From positions 1 to 40,820 of the forward strand of contig KZ538916.1 of NCBI GenBank assembly GCA_000934665.2: a DNA stretch of 40,820 nt. Direction: 5' to 3'. This stretch comes from Catajapyx aquilonaris (lineage: Eukaryota). A program made the translations under genes and the position numbers. The notes beneath the pieces are model-generated. The model searched no databases and was not told the DNA's origin. It was given only the letters and a program-made list of their open reading frames with translations. Of the stretch, positions 10,942 through 23,600 are shown one piece after another (position 1 is the stretch's first letter; the number at the start of each line of letters is the position of its first letter).

Positions 10942-13171
10942 ATCGCTTAGGGAATGGTGGGTACAGTGCGGTCCATAAGAAATCTTCTTTTGAAACCCTA
11001 CCGTCAGATGTCGCAATATTTGGGACATGCCTATTTTTCCGAGCAATTAGGGTGTTAGGCTGTGAGTAGTATACATAATCTGGAAGCAACAGCATGGCAA
11101 TCCACCACGTCCCGCCAATCACCGTCCGAGAAGTGAAACCGTCACTCGTGACGTCAAACCTCGCAAACCGGGGTCCATGCCCAGTGCCCTTTATGGTGGT
11201 CCTGCCCCGGTCCTGTATATAACCCCTGCTTGCAAACCGCTTCCAGCACTCCTTTTGTTTTCTCCCACTGTTGTTACAGCATTCCGGGGCCACTATATAA
11301 TCGGAGGGGCCCAAGCAGCCGAGAGAAAACGTCGGGGGTGGTGGAGGAGGAGGAGGGGGGGGGGGTATAGGGGCCAAATCCTCTCTCAGATCCCCGGAAC
11401 TATACCGTAATAATGCAGCTCGTAAGTACACCCCTGAATAGGGTTTATTGGTTTTATTGTTGGACCAACAACAACGGCTCCAGGGGGGCGGGTAAGGCCC
11501 CCAGAAACGCTCTCCCCAAGTATATTTACGTGTGTTTGTATGCAGCAGACTGCCCCACTCATATTTCACCTCCGGAACACAAAGTCCCCGTATTTTGAAT
11601 GGTCATTACAAACTTCCCTGCACTATGTGTACATATTCCATCCTCCCCCCTCCCTCCCTCCCCCCAATTTCCTATCTGACCCACTCTATTTGTGGCCGAG
11701 CCCAGAGAGAGAGAGAGAGCGCGCAGACTATAAGCAGTTGCTCTGATCAAGGTTCATTTGGAATAAAGGAAATAACTGTAGGCAACGATTCAGTTGTGCA
11801 AACGAGCCGGCTGGGAGGACTGGAACCCTAACTGAAAATCAAGCCGGACTCTCGGCGAAAGGTCCAGCCGAGACTGCCCACCAGACAAAGCAATATGTGT
11901 ACAGTTATAGGGCACCCAGGCCGGGGTCCCGGGCTCTGTATAATTTGATATTATTAACATGCTCGGTCTCAAGAGAGTAAATGAACTTTGCTCCGGGCAA
12001 GATTTGAACCATGGGAAGTTGAAACTGTAAAACGGAATTATTAAATGAAGGGAAACATGAAACAAAGCGCCTTCGTATGGGTTGGACTGGGAGGAAGGGG
12101 TTTTTGGTCAGTTGAGAGGGGGAGGGGGGAGGGGGCTTATTAAGAACTACCCCGATCATTCGCTTCCAGCTATGGCCGCATCCTTTCTGATTTTATTCGC
12201 CAGGGTTTTTTTGTGCGTAAAAATGGGGAAAGGATTACCTCCCCCCCCCCTCTACCACCCACCAAGCCTAGAGCTCCTATTTGGGCAGAGGAAGGGCTTA
12301 ATATCCAGTTCATAAACGTGGACCCTGCACACACAGAGTACACTCTAACATTTCCCCCAAGATGCGCAATACAGCACCCGGTGCAAGAAAATCTGCTCTG
12401 GGCCCCCTAAAGTTAAGGTTTCCTATGGATTCCATTACTCCTCGCCAAATCCCTGAAAAAAAAANNNNNNNNNNNNNNNNNNNNNNNNNNNNNNNNNNNN
12501 NNNNNNNNNNNNNNNNNNNNNNNNNNNNNNNNNNNNNNNNNNNCCCCCCCCCCCTCCCTACCTCCCACCCTCCCTTCTGCCAGCCTCTCTCTTATGAACA
12601 CCCAAAGGCTCGGGCAGAGATATTGCAAGGAATTGAATTTTCATCATAGCCAACCGAACTGTTGCCATCTTTTCAAGGAAGGAAGGGAGGGGAAGGCGGG
12701 GGAGTGAAAAGACAAAAAGGGTGGGATGGAGAGAGAGAGAGAAAAAGGAGTGGTAGAGAGGGAGGGGGGATATACAGCTTCGGAGTGGACCGTGAAAACC
12801 ATTCCTATAACTTTCATGTTTTTCATAGCCGTGGGGCACACAGGAAAACACCATTTGTTTTATAGATGGTGAGGCGATATTTAAAGCTGGCTATAAAAGG
12901 TGTCACCCAGGCCACATCTATTTCAAAGTTTGGCAGGGCAGCCAGGCCTGCTTCCCGAAAACCAGAAGAATGTCCACTCTCTCAGAAAATAGGGGTGGTG
13001 GTGGTGGGAGGAAGGGAGCCCAAAACCCCGGGGGTCTATATATTGCTTGTGTGCAGTGTGCGTGTAGACCACGCATGGCCAAGCAACACCGCGCATCTAT
13101 CGGCTCTAATAAGCACATCTTCAGTTTTGATGGAGAAAACGCTATTTATTATTTTTTTGGACCATCATGTA

Positions 13172-13366
13172 CACTGTAATTCATGTACCGATTCCGGAGG
13201 TGGTACTTTGTGGTCAACAGATGCTGACTACGGTACTGTAGCCAATCGTTCATATATGTACTGACTTGAAAATGGTACATCACAATGTACCGATCCAGTC
13301 AGTACTCGTAGACGGTACTTGTTGATCACAAAATACCACCTCCAAGTCGGTACATGTTTCACAGTA
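13172..13366. mobile_element. Degenerate fold-back MITE, ~195 bp, GTAC-rich, CACTG-type terminus
   Basis: The left arm CACTGTAATTCATGTACCGATTCCGGAGGTGGTACTTTGTGGTCAACA (13172-13219) pairs with the right arm TGTTGATCACAAAATACCACCTCCAAGTCGGTACATGTTTCACAGT (13320-13365). A second internal hairpin lies at 13258-13305 (GTACTGACT...GGTACAT / ATGTACC...AGTCAGTAC). The target-site duplication is not resolvable and the superfamily is uncertain. Confidence 0.75.
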
Positions 13367-15169
13367 GTTAATGCCCGCAATATATTTTCTTACTGACAAA
13401 TTGCAGCTATTTCGGCCAATAGCTTAGCTATTAGTCATTAGCCAATCGACTGGAAAGAGCCCCATTTTCCTAATACAGTTCGCCAAACAGCGTTGGTATC
13501 AATCCTCCCCTGCTTCTCCCCTGCCCTACTGTACTGTGTATAGGGATGGGGAGAGGAGGAGGAGGGGAGGTGCTCCTGATTGACTCTAATCCCTCCTCCC
13601 TGAGGGTCAACTTTGCTCCCGGAGGCCCACAATTTATCCTTAAAATGCCTTTGGAAGCCCTACTGCTGCTGAATGCCAAGAAGTTCCCGCTGGCTTTTTG
13701 GCAAAAGGCTCCTTGCCTTGACGGATATCCAACAAATCTCGGCGTCGAACTTTCCCCTGTCCTAATATTTCATACCCCGGCTATATCAAAATGGGGGTGG
13801 GCGGCAAAACAACGAAACTTGCAACCCCTTCACTTTCCTCCAATCTCCTTCAGCACTAATAAGTCTAATCAATAGTAAAGTGTGGGCTTCTCACCATAGA
13901 CTTGGAGGCCACCAAGTTATTCATGGCTGACCCCTTGCGGTATAGGCAAACAGGCGGCGCGCGCGGTATGGGAGAAGATGTTGTATAGTAGATGGGCGTT
14001 GATGATGATGGCTGCCCAACCCTCCCAAGCTGCCAACTTCCAACTTAGTTGCTCCCCTAGATGCATACTTCAGGGGATAAGAAGCTTAATAGGATTCATC
14101 AATAGCGTTGTAAAACTTGGAGACGTCCAATTAATCATGGCTGGCTGGCCAAGCGCAAGGAGTTGGCCAACATGATGTATAGATGGAGCAGATCCTATAG
14201 AATTTTAACGTGCCAGTGAGGTCACTGGGTTATTCATGCTGATCCATTGCAAAAACTATAGTCCAGATGTACATTTTTGTATAACTTATGTAAAAATATC
14301 CCGGCCCGTACAACTAACATGTAAATAATGAGAAGTATCGCAATTAGAATTTCAATGCGGCCGTACTTGCTCCTTGCTCGAACTGCAATAAGGCAAAAGC
14401 TCATTTACAAAACATTCCCGAGGGAATAAAATCTGCTCCCCTCCCACTCTCTCCCAAGTTTTCCCGGCTACCGCCTTATTCGAAATAACACATTCCTTTC
14501 CGCTCTCTCTCCTGGTTAAATGTTTGGAAGCCTAAACCTGTGCAGAGTGTACCTGCAGTGTATGGAATGCCATAATAAAGCATAATCCAGGAATTTGGCC
14601 GGCGCAAACTATTTATGAGCCAACGACTTAAAAGTTCGGCGCATTTACTCCCTATAACTATACGCAACATGTAAAGTTTCCGCCAGCACTAGCAGCATAC
14701 ATAGTTCCTTTACCAAAATGCCCTGTAAATAGGCAATGAGGGACTATAGTTAAAGCACAGGAGGAATTGTTACACAAACACAGACCAACAACATCCAGTG
14801 TACACTCACATGTGTACACAACTACGCGAGCTGTAACCCCAACCAAATATTGCAGAGTTTTGTCACTGTTCTGTGAAACTTATCTCAAAATTCGTGCGCT
14901 TCGCCTTCTTAATGTAGTTCATGGTATTTTTTGCAGTAACAAATATTATGGCAACTGCATTGAAATTGATTTTGCATAAATTCAGCTGGCATGTGTTTGC
15001 AGTAACTTGATCTTTGGCGGATCCCACACTACTCTATAAATGTATGTTCATTGAAACGGATGATCCTGCAAGTTGCCCGCAACTACAAACCTTACATATA
15101 CTCCAAAGTTACTCGTAGCACCTGACGTAGAAATGTTTCACAATCAATGTATATTTCAATGGAAGGGCT

Positions 15170-15195
<26 letters not shown>
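15170..15195. repeat. (AG)13 microsatellite
   Basis: Read directly. Shorter GA runs occur near 11704-11719, 12729-12741, 31526-31545 and 36800-36814. Confidence 0.95.
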
Positions 15196-15200
<5 letters not shown>

Positions 15201-18200
15201 GGTCGGGCAAAAGCAACGGGAAGGGAAAGTCCAGATGACTATTTAATTCCGGCTAACTCCCTCCTGGCATTTTAACCAGCAAAACTATTTAAGAAGGCCC
15301 AATGAACAATGCATTCTGGTGGATTCAGTGTCGGGGCTTGCTGACACTGCTTTGTGTCCGCTTAACCAAGTTAAAATGGCGGCCAGCAGTAGAGGGAGAG
15401 AGATCTCAGGCGAGAGTAATGGACAACATGGCGAAGATACGTTAATTGGACTAGTTAACAATCGTGATCGTCCTTCGTTAGCAGTCGACTGATTGCTGAC
15501 AGAGGCGCCGAGCTCTCTCGTCACATCAACCCCCCCTCAATGGAAAATTCCCTACTTTTCCAAAGAGTAATGTTCAAAGTGCTGCGTGGACTTGCAACTT
15601 CCTTCAACCACTCGCAAGATTTGACAACGTGTCAATTTCTGGACTTATGGTTTCTGGACATGTTCCGCGAAACTATGATGACATCCTGAAAAACAATGGA
15701 CTGAATAAATAGGAGCTTTGTTCCAAGCTCCGGATTGTGTTTCATCATCATTGCATTGCGCTGTTACTCTCTGCAGTCAAAATGAAAAATTAATGTCAAA
15801 CTTAAATAAGCCAGCAGTCACTCATGGCGAGGACTCCTTTAATAGCTGCGAAATCACTGCTTACTCCGCACCGAAAGTAAAGGGCTTTTACTTTGTTGCC
15901 ATCAAAGCAAAAGAGCGAAGAACGAGGTCATGCTACTGGTTTATATCCTAAATATGAGCACCTACTTTGTTGACGTCTGGAATCAATTTCCTTCTGGCAG
16001 ACTCGCATCCACCGGGCCAAAAAAAATAGACAAATGCGCAATATTCTCTAGTCTGACATTTTTGACGTCGTCTCTTCTTTGTGATCAAATGTGACACTTT
16101 GGAAATGCGTAGTACAAATGCAATAACTTGTTTACGTCAGATCGTAGCTATATACAGTGTATCAAATTAAGTAGGTTCTTGGCATTTGCACAATTTGTTG
16201 ATTCGCAGAAATTTTTCCATTATATTTGTGGTATATTGCAATGTGTGTATATTCTGTCAAATTAACCGGCTGATTAATTTTGTCAATTTCCAAGAAACAC
16301 ACGCTGCAATAACAGGGGGCTGGGATAATGCCCCTGACCACCCCAGGCAATATCCCCCAGTGGCGCATCTCCCTGCCGCGGGGAAATGAACTTACTTACA
16401 ATAGGGTCATACCAAATTTATCGCCACCAACTGCCCACAGCAGTCACACGCCAAAGCACACAAGGCCTAAGCGTTGCCATGTGTCGGCTTCATCCCCCTT
16501 GGATAATTGCTACAGGCCAGCGCGCATGAATGACACATGCCAATTGCCTTCTCCGCATGTTTATGGATTGATCTGACCCGAAAACAATTTACGGTGGCTT
16601 ATTTGGTCAATCAAATCATTCATTCGAAACGGATGGCTGGGGGAAAAAAAACCCAGTTCCCAATATGAAAATCTTTCCCTATATCCAATCCGTTGTGTAC
16701 ATTTTTTTTTTTGGTGTGTGTGTCGCATAAGCCCCCCCACACACTGTACGTCACTCATCAGCCAGCAAAACTGTCCAAATCAACTCGGGTGCTACGACCG
16801 ACGACACGGTGTCACAAACCCCCGCAGATTTTCGAATCAAAAATTTTCCACGACACCGAATTAAAACCCCCAGCCCTGGATAAAACCATCGCATTTTGTG
16901 CCCAGGTCAGCACCCGTAATAAGAAAATAATCTGGGAGTGGAAAAGCCACCACCCCTTATAATTCCTCCATCCTCTGGAAAGTGAAGAAGAAACTCTCCA
17001 GACGAAGCAAATGTCCATACACTCTCTCAGAAACTTGCAAATTTATTCTAGGGCGCCCCTAGTCCGTATCTGCAGCCTTCATCCTGAAAATGTAATACCC
17101 AATTCCCCTCTTCCCCCCCCCCCTCCAAACCCCAATGTGTATAAGTATTGAGCCTCCTGTTTGTCTGTTATACGAAGGGGCTGAGGGAGAGAAGGAGCTG
17201 GAAGAAAAACCCATTAGGAGATGGTGAGTTTCTTCTTGCAAGAGTAGGGTGTAACTTGGGAAGGGTAGGGAGGGGGTTGCTGGAATTACCCACTTTCTGG
17301 CCCGCCATTATAAAAACCAGAGCCAGAATTATCAAGCCACAAATTTTTTGCAATAGCTTCTAGAAAATGGCGCAGACCTCATTCACCCCGAGCCTGCGAA
17401 GTAATCTTTGGAAGAAACACGCTCCTTTGACTCTCAGCGTCGCCTTCCTAACGTAATTTGCATTTCATGGCATCTTAACGATCTCAATTAGCGAGGAGGA
17501 GTCAGGAGTGGGTGGGGGGGGGGGTGGAGGGAAGGGGGGAAAAGTAGGGGGGGATGCTATCGAAGGGTTGGCTCCAAGAATGTTGAGGAAAAACCTTTTT
17601 CTTCCTCCTCCTCCCCCACCTAAGAACTGCATGGCACTAACAAATATTGGCTTTGGAGATAAGCCTCCCTGGTCACATACATTTTTTTGTATTCTTCTTC
17701 TTCTTCTTCTCCCCCACCTCCTTTTCTGGTCCGAGAAACAAAAGAGGGAATCACCGTTCGTTAATGGAGGGGAACGCTTCGTGGGAAATGGACACGTTGG
17801 CACTTTTTTTTTTTTTCAAAACAAAAAAAAAAACCAGACCTGACTCTCATCTTCCTATCCACCCTTGGGAGCATTTTAATTAAAGGCATTCCAGCAGCCA
17901 CCGGAGATGTTGCCTCCCAAGCCTAACCACCGGGGCTTGAAACTGACAAACATCGTTTTCGCTGATGGGCAGCAACCTCCTGTTGGGGTGGGGTGGAAAT
18001 CAGCAAACAGCCGTGTTTTTTAGCCGCCGTTTACTGTTTCAGGAAGTAGTACAGTGTATAATTATAGTCCTGAGTCTTGCTGATGGTTGGCCTAACTAAA
18101 CGTGTGGCTTTTGCTGGACTATGAATATAGGGCAGTGCAAATAATACTGAGGTTCACAAATTTTTTTATTACATCCCCCTTGGCCCTTGCTATCTTTCTA

Positions 18201-20591
18201 ACGTAAATAATGTGCTCTTCAACCGCCCCGATTGACAATGTTGTGCATCCTTATAAAGAACTTGGCACGTTTTAGCACCCCCGAGGTTCTTCCATATACC
18301 TCAAGCCCTTCAACTCCATTAACTTCCTCCCCCCCACCTTCCCCTCCTTCACTTTCTTATTTCTTCCCAAGCCTTCAATCAGTAACCAATGACCCTTTCC
18401 AAGAAGCAGGCGGTGGAAGGAGGGGGGGGGGGTGTCGGAATGGAGGAAACCTGACGCGCTTTTCCCACACGATATCACGCCTTTCGCCGCGATTCTGTTT
18501 CGGCACGTGACGCGGATGACAATGTCACTCCATCGTCGCTTCGACACACACACAAAAAAAATGAACAACTTGTAGACAAAAAAGCCGCGACTTACCTTCA
18601 TCTTGTAGAAGGCTTCTAAATACTCCATCCTGAAGTCGGCCGCATCTGTGGACAACATGAATGTTTTAACGACACAAAACAAGACAGTGGAACCACCTTT
18701 TTTTTTCTCTGTTTCTTTTGTCATGCATGGATATTGGCTGAGATTTTTCGGGGCCGAGATTTGTGGACCGTGGAAGCAAGCAGGCTAGTTTTTGAGGGGG
18801 GAGAGATCAAGACGGCGTGATTTTGGTCACGTTTGTGAGTCGTCGTACGATTCACTACCTCGGCATGGGGTTGGTGGGTGGTAGGTTGGGGGGGACTGGG
18901 GAGGAAGTCAGGTAGAGAGTTGGAATCAAACACACACAAAAAAATGAAGGGGCCTTCCAAACGAGACCACATCAGTGCCGATGACCTCTTTTGAAGTGGC
19001 GAACCTTTCATGTCGCCTGGGAATAAACTGTGAAGCATGTGACAAAAAGAATGTGAAAAAGGGTCATTATATTCTTTCACTGCACTTGCGATTTAAATGG
19101 CGACACCACGAGTCCGCAAAAAAAAATTGAGGGGTCGACAGGTGGCAGCAGCATGACTGACAGCGCATTGTACCTTGCTCATTGGCTCAAATTTTTGTGT
19201 GCAAAACGTTAGTTACGATAATGAACCTGCTATACACTGCCAAAAATTAGCTATACAATTAATAATTTAAAAATTGCGACCTTGGACGATTAGATGCAGG
19301 TAATGCATCCCCCTATATCCAAAACCGTGCAAAAGCCTCAACTTTTAGAAGCTCATTAGTTATATCCCCGAGACTTTATTGGCACAACACAAAAAGTCCT
19401 GGGAGGGAACAAGATGGATGACGCGCCTTTTGACGAATGGTGCGCCCTACTCCAGCATAAGATACAGCCATGCGACAGTAATTAACATGGAAAACTCACC
19501 TTAGAAACGAAACAAAAGTTTAATAGACAACCCCGCTTTTGGGACCGTAATAAAAATTTCTCGTTTCCCCCTTTTCATAAACTTAAATTCGGTCGGAACG
19601 GAGGGGGTTCACAACACTTTACTTTTCCCTAATAATAAATGATCAATGCGGAGGAAGGTACTACCCCCTTATGCCCTCCCCCCCCACCTCCCTGCCGCAT
19701 AACCCTCCCTACCACTCCTCTCTGGCAATGAGATAGAAACCCCCGGTTTATTAGATAGACCTCGGCGTACACCAGTTGCGGGCGGTACGGGGGATGCCGC
19801 AAATGTCAAAAGAACCAGGAAATTAACTTTTTCCCCCGCGCAGTCTGTTACCAGGAAGGAAAACATTAGCCGCAGTTCCCCATCAGAACCCAATTTCCGA
19901 ATAATTGCATCACTAATAATACATTCCACAAGAAAACCAGAGCAGGCGAAATGGCCAAGGCAAAACACAAAATAGGGAAGAGGAGGTGCCCCCCTCCTCC
20001 CCCCTTTTGGCATATATATTTTAGCCAACGTGAGTAATAACCAATGCCCCCTGGGTCCATACTGGGTGGGGGGGTTTGGAATATTCAAGCGAGAGGGTGG
20101 CTTTTCCAATGTGGTTGCTTAGTTCGACAGCTTTCTCCCATAAAGGCCAAGGATATAGGAGGGCGGATCCGGGGAGCCCCCTCAAGTTTGGCGCTTTTAT
20201 TTTGCGATTCCGGGGTGGGGGGGTTCCCGAAACACGCGGTTCCAGCTGCGGTGGCCTCACTCCCCCCTCCCCCCTTCCTCCCACTTTCAGCTCCTATATA
20301 ACGTAGATATTCCGAATCAAAACGCCATACCATTCCCATACCACAATCTTTGCCCTGCGGGCTCCTCCGGATTAAATCAGGGGCCGACTTGGGGTGTGCC
20401 ATTTGTGCCGACTCTACAAGCTGCAGACTCCCTTATACAGCCAGAAATGTTTTGAAGACAGTTGTCGCGAGAGGTGTCAAGTGCTTTGCCAAAAGGGGAG
20501 GTGTTTCATAAAATAATAATAACTATAAAGTCGTATAATATGGGGGGATGAGTCAAAAAAGCGGCTAACCCAGCAATTTTACCTACTTTAC

Positions 20592-20674
20592 TAGGCGTGA
20601 ATCCGCTTAAGGATAGGCGTGAAGCCGATTAAGGACAGGCATGTATCCGCCAGGAAGGAAGGTTAGGTTAGGTT
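20592..20674. repeat. 22-bp minisatellite (~2.7 copies) followed by a short (GGTTA)n tract
   Basis: TAGGCGTGAATCCGCTTAAGGA (20592-20613), TAGGCGTGAAGCCGATTAAGGA (20614-20635), CAGGCATGTATCCGC (20636-20650), then GGTTAGGTTAGGTT (20661-20674). Confidence 0.8.
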
Positions 20675-23600
20675 GGTGCAGCGTGCTCCTATCCCTGCCA
20701 CATTCGGTCTCCCATTATACGAAAGTCATTTTAAAAACCATTCGAGACAATACAGAGTGAGTTAACAGATAATCCTATCATGTTGGCTCATTATGAATAT
20801 GTAGGCCCAAACCAGGCGATAGAGCAAAAAATTCTACTTAGTAGTTCAATTTAGGTAATATGATTTTTTGGGGGGGTGAACATCAAACTGCAAAAATGTA
20901 TCCTTATAAGGATAATGAACACAATCCTGCCTCAGGGTAGGCCAGGAAACCACAACAATGTGTAATATTGCAAGTACATTGTATTCCCCGTCTTATTAAT
21001 AATGTTATACGTCAAAGAATGTGTTCGCCCCACTTCAGCACTACATCTAATGAAATCTACGTCACATGCCACATTTGTCAATGGTTCTAGAATAAATCGT
21101 GTTTCCTGTGATGTTGTTCGGTGCTGGGTTTAATTATCAAAATGGGTGTAAAACTAGACACACGAAATGGTCCGGGCCAAATTAAAACCACGGGTAAACA
21201 AAAATAATTTATTAATTTCAATATCTCGAACGAAGCAATATTGTTGCACCATCCTTCTGTGCTGATTCACAACAGTCCGGCCGGCACACAATAAATTCTA
21301 CAGTAGCTCCTTCTAATATTAATGCGCAATCCATTGTAAGCGTAAACCCGGCAGTTTCTAAAATACAAGTTGACACCCAGTAAAAAACTTACAAATTTGT
21401 AAAATTCTCTCAGTGTGTAACCACGGTTGGACACCTCATCCTCTATTACGTACCTGAAGAGGCCATGTTCACAAATTAGCCCTTTCACAATTTACTCAAC
21501 GCGGTTTTATCGCCCAACAAAAAACCAAACGCAAAGCTGGCACACTATACATATACTTCCCTTCCCCATCACACACACAAAAAAGAGCCGCTCTTCTTCG
21601 CCCCCACACAAAAAAAAGAATAAATCCGCTTTTCTAGGGCGACATTTTTCCCTCCCTCCCTCCCTCCAGAAAATAGTTAGCTTCTCCCCCCCACACCGAG
21701 AGTAGAATTTGATCCTCGATTGTTGATGAGCTCCACGGACAAGCTTAGGACGGACTGGAAGCTCTGGGAAAACGCAAGAGAGAGTGGGGGGGGGGGNNNN
21801 NNNNNNNNNNNNNNNNNNNNNNNNNNNNNNNNNNNNNNNNNNNNNNNNNNNNNNNNNNNNNNNNNNNNNNNNNNNNNNNNNNNNNNNNNNGAGAAAAAAA
21901 GGCAGAGTTGGGCTATATCAGGCCTTGAAGGAAAAGAATCTCGACTTTGAACTGGTAGTACACAAGTAACAGAGTGTCTTACATAAATTGGACCAAAAAA
22001 ATATAATTAAATCGTCATAACACTGCTGTACTCCCACGGCAGGGTGTAAATATGCCAATTGCAGGTCATATCATCACGATTTCTGTGTGACATTTTGTAG
22101 CATCTCAGATATTTGTTTTACTCATCAGTAGGCTCTAGTCTGATTGTTGGTTAGATTGTCCACACATACAAAGTGTTAATTAGGCTGATTTCCATATTCG
22201 GAATACAATGTACGAAATACTGTTCCTTTCTTGTTTGCAATATTAAAATGAATAATAATCAACAGTAGTTGCAACATGCCTGATTCTCAGCATCGGCACG
22301 CTTGCATGGCAGCATCATAACCGCAAGCAATCCGCAGTGGGAAGGAAATGCTTCCAGACTTTGACGGCCACCCTGTAGAAGCTCTCCTACCCAAATGGCC
22401 TCCGTTAGAGGCGTGACCACACCTAGGAAGCGTCGCCTTCCGCCACATTTGGCATCTCGGATTTGCACGCAAATTGGAGCAAACCCGCCAATTAGATGGC
22501 CTCGCCCTCCTCCTTCCTCCTCCTCCCCCCAACACAAAAACACTGCCTGGCCCTCTCCCTAAAAATGAATATATCAAGATGGTGGGTTTTGGCCCCTGGG
22601 ATATTCCTAAGAGCCTTCCTCCCACTGGACACTTTCCCAGCAGCATTTGAAGTGCTGGGGGATTCCCCCGTTTGCATTTGATTACAGCCAGGGGCCGCTT
22701 TGTGCCTTCAATTGTGCCCATCTGCGGCTTGTCGCGCCCATTTCGCGCCGGCAAGAAGCGGGCGGAGCATTTGTTGGGGTCCATCCAACACGAGGTTTCG
22801 CCAAACATTTAAACCCCCAACCGACTACAAGGAAGTTTTGCAATTGCAGGGAGTGTGAGCCAAGTCGTCCCGTGGACCTTTTCATGTGCCACCCCCCTCC
22901 AAAAACCATTTTGCACAAGAACCCCACTTTAAATCACGATTGCTCAGCTCGTCATGCCAGCCAGGCTGATAGGGTGGAACAACCTTAAAAACTTGGGGAA
23001 ATGTTAGTTTAGTACACACGCAGGGCAGGGAATGTCCACCGCAACACTATTTTTGCAAATATTATGAGAGAAAGTATTTCCATATCTTCCATATAGTACG
23101 TGGATTCAGATTCATATAAAAAAATGCAATTGCTTTCAAAACACAGGTTGATCCAAAAGTCTGGTTCGACTACTGGCAACGATACAATATGGGTCACCCT
23201 GTTTTCCCAACTCTGTAATTAAATTTTTATTCCTTCTTTACTTGTGAGAAAACATGGCAGGTAAATGTTTCGCAAGTCATCACTTCAGCTATCGCCTAGC
23301 TTTGAAGAAATTGGTTAAAACATTACCAAACACAGCTAATCCCACAATCGTTTCTGAATGTTTAACATGGACAGTCGGACACCTCCCTGTCCTAACACAG
23401 CTTCATCCGGGTCCAATCAGACGCAAAAAGTCCCCAAGTTTCTGGTGTCGGCACCGGAAACCTTTATAGCCTATACGGAGAGAGGGGGGTTATAAGTGTT
23501 ATATGTCATGTGGAATGAGCAGGTTTTCCAAGTGCTGGGTTAGGGTATAGAGGTTTGGGTGGGTGGGAGGGTTTATTACAGTAAAGGTAATTAGTTTAGA

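Noticed and set aside
10931..11569. Longest ORF (212 aa, minus strand)
   Set aside because: No recognisable domain. The poly-proline run simply translates a G-rich low-complexity tract, and similar-length ORFs overlap in other frames.
11989..12015. Minus-strand GGTTCAAATC resembling a tRNA/SINE B-box
   Set aside because: No A-box or cloverleaf upstream.
12889..12930. Consensus TATA box GGCTATAAAAGG downstream of a GA repeat
   Set aside because: No convincing initiator at the expected distance, and a single match is expected by chance in 40 kb.
20900..20913. Palindrome ATCCTTATAAGGAT containing a CArG box
   Set aside because: An isolated motif without supporting context.
22370..22390. ACCCTGTAGA resembling the 5' end of miR-10
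   Set aside because: The match stops after about 10 nt and there is no precursor hairpin.
22287..22988. Overlapping ORFs of 173 aa and 113 aa
   Set aside because: No similarity I recognise, low-complexity content, and no clear exon structure.
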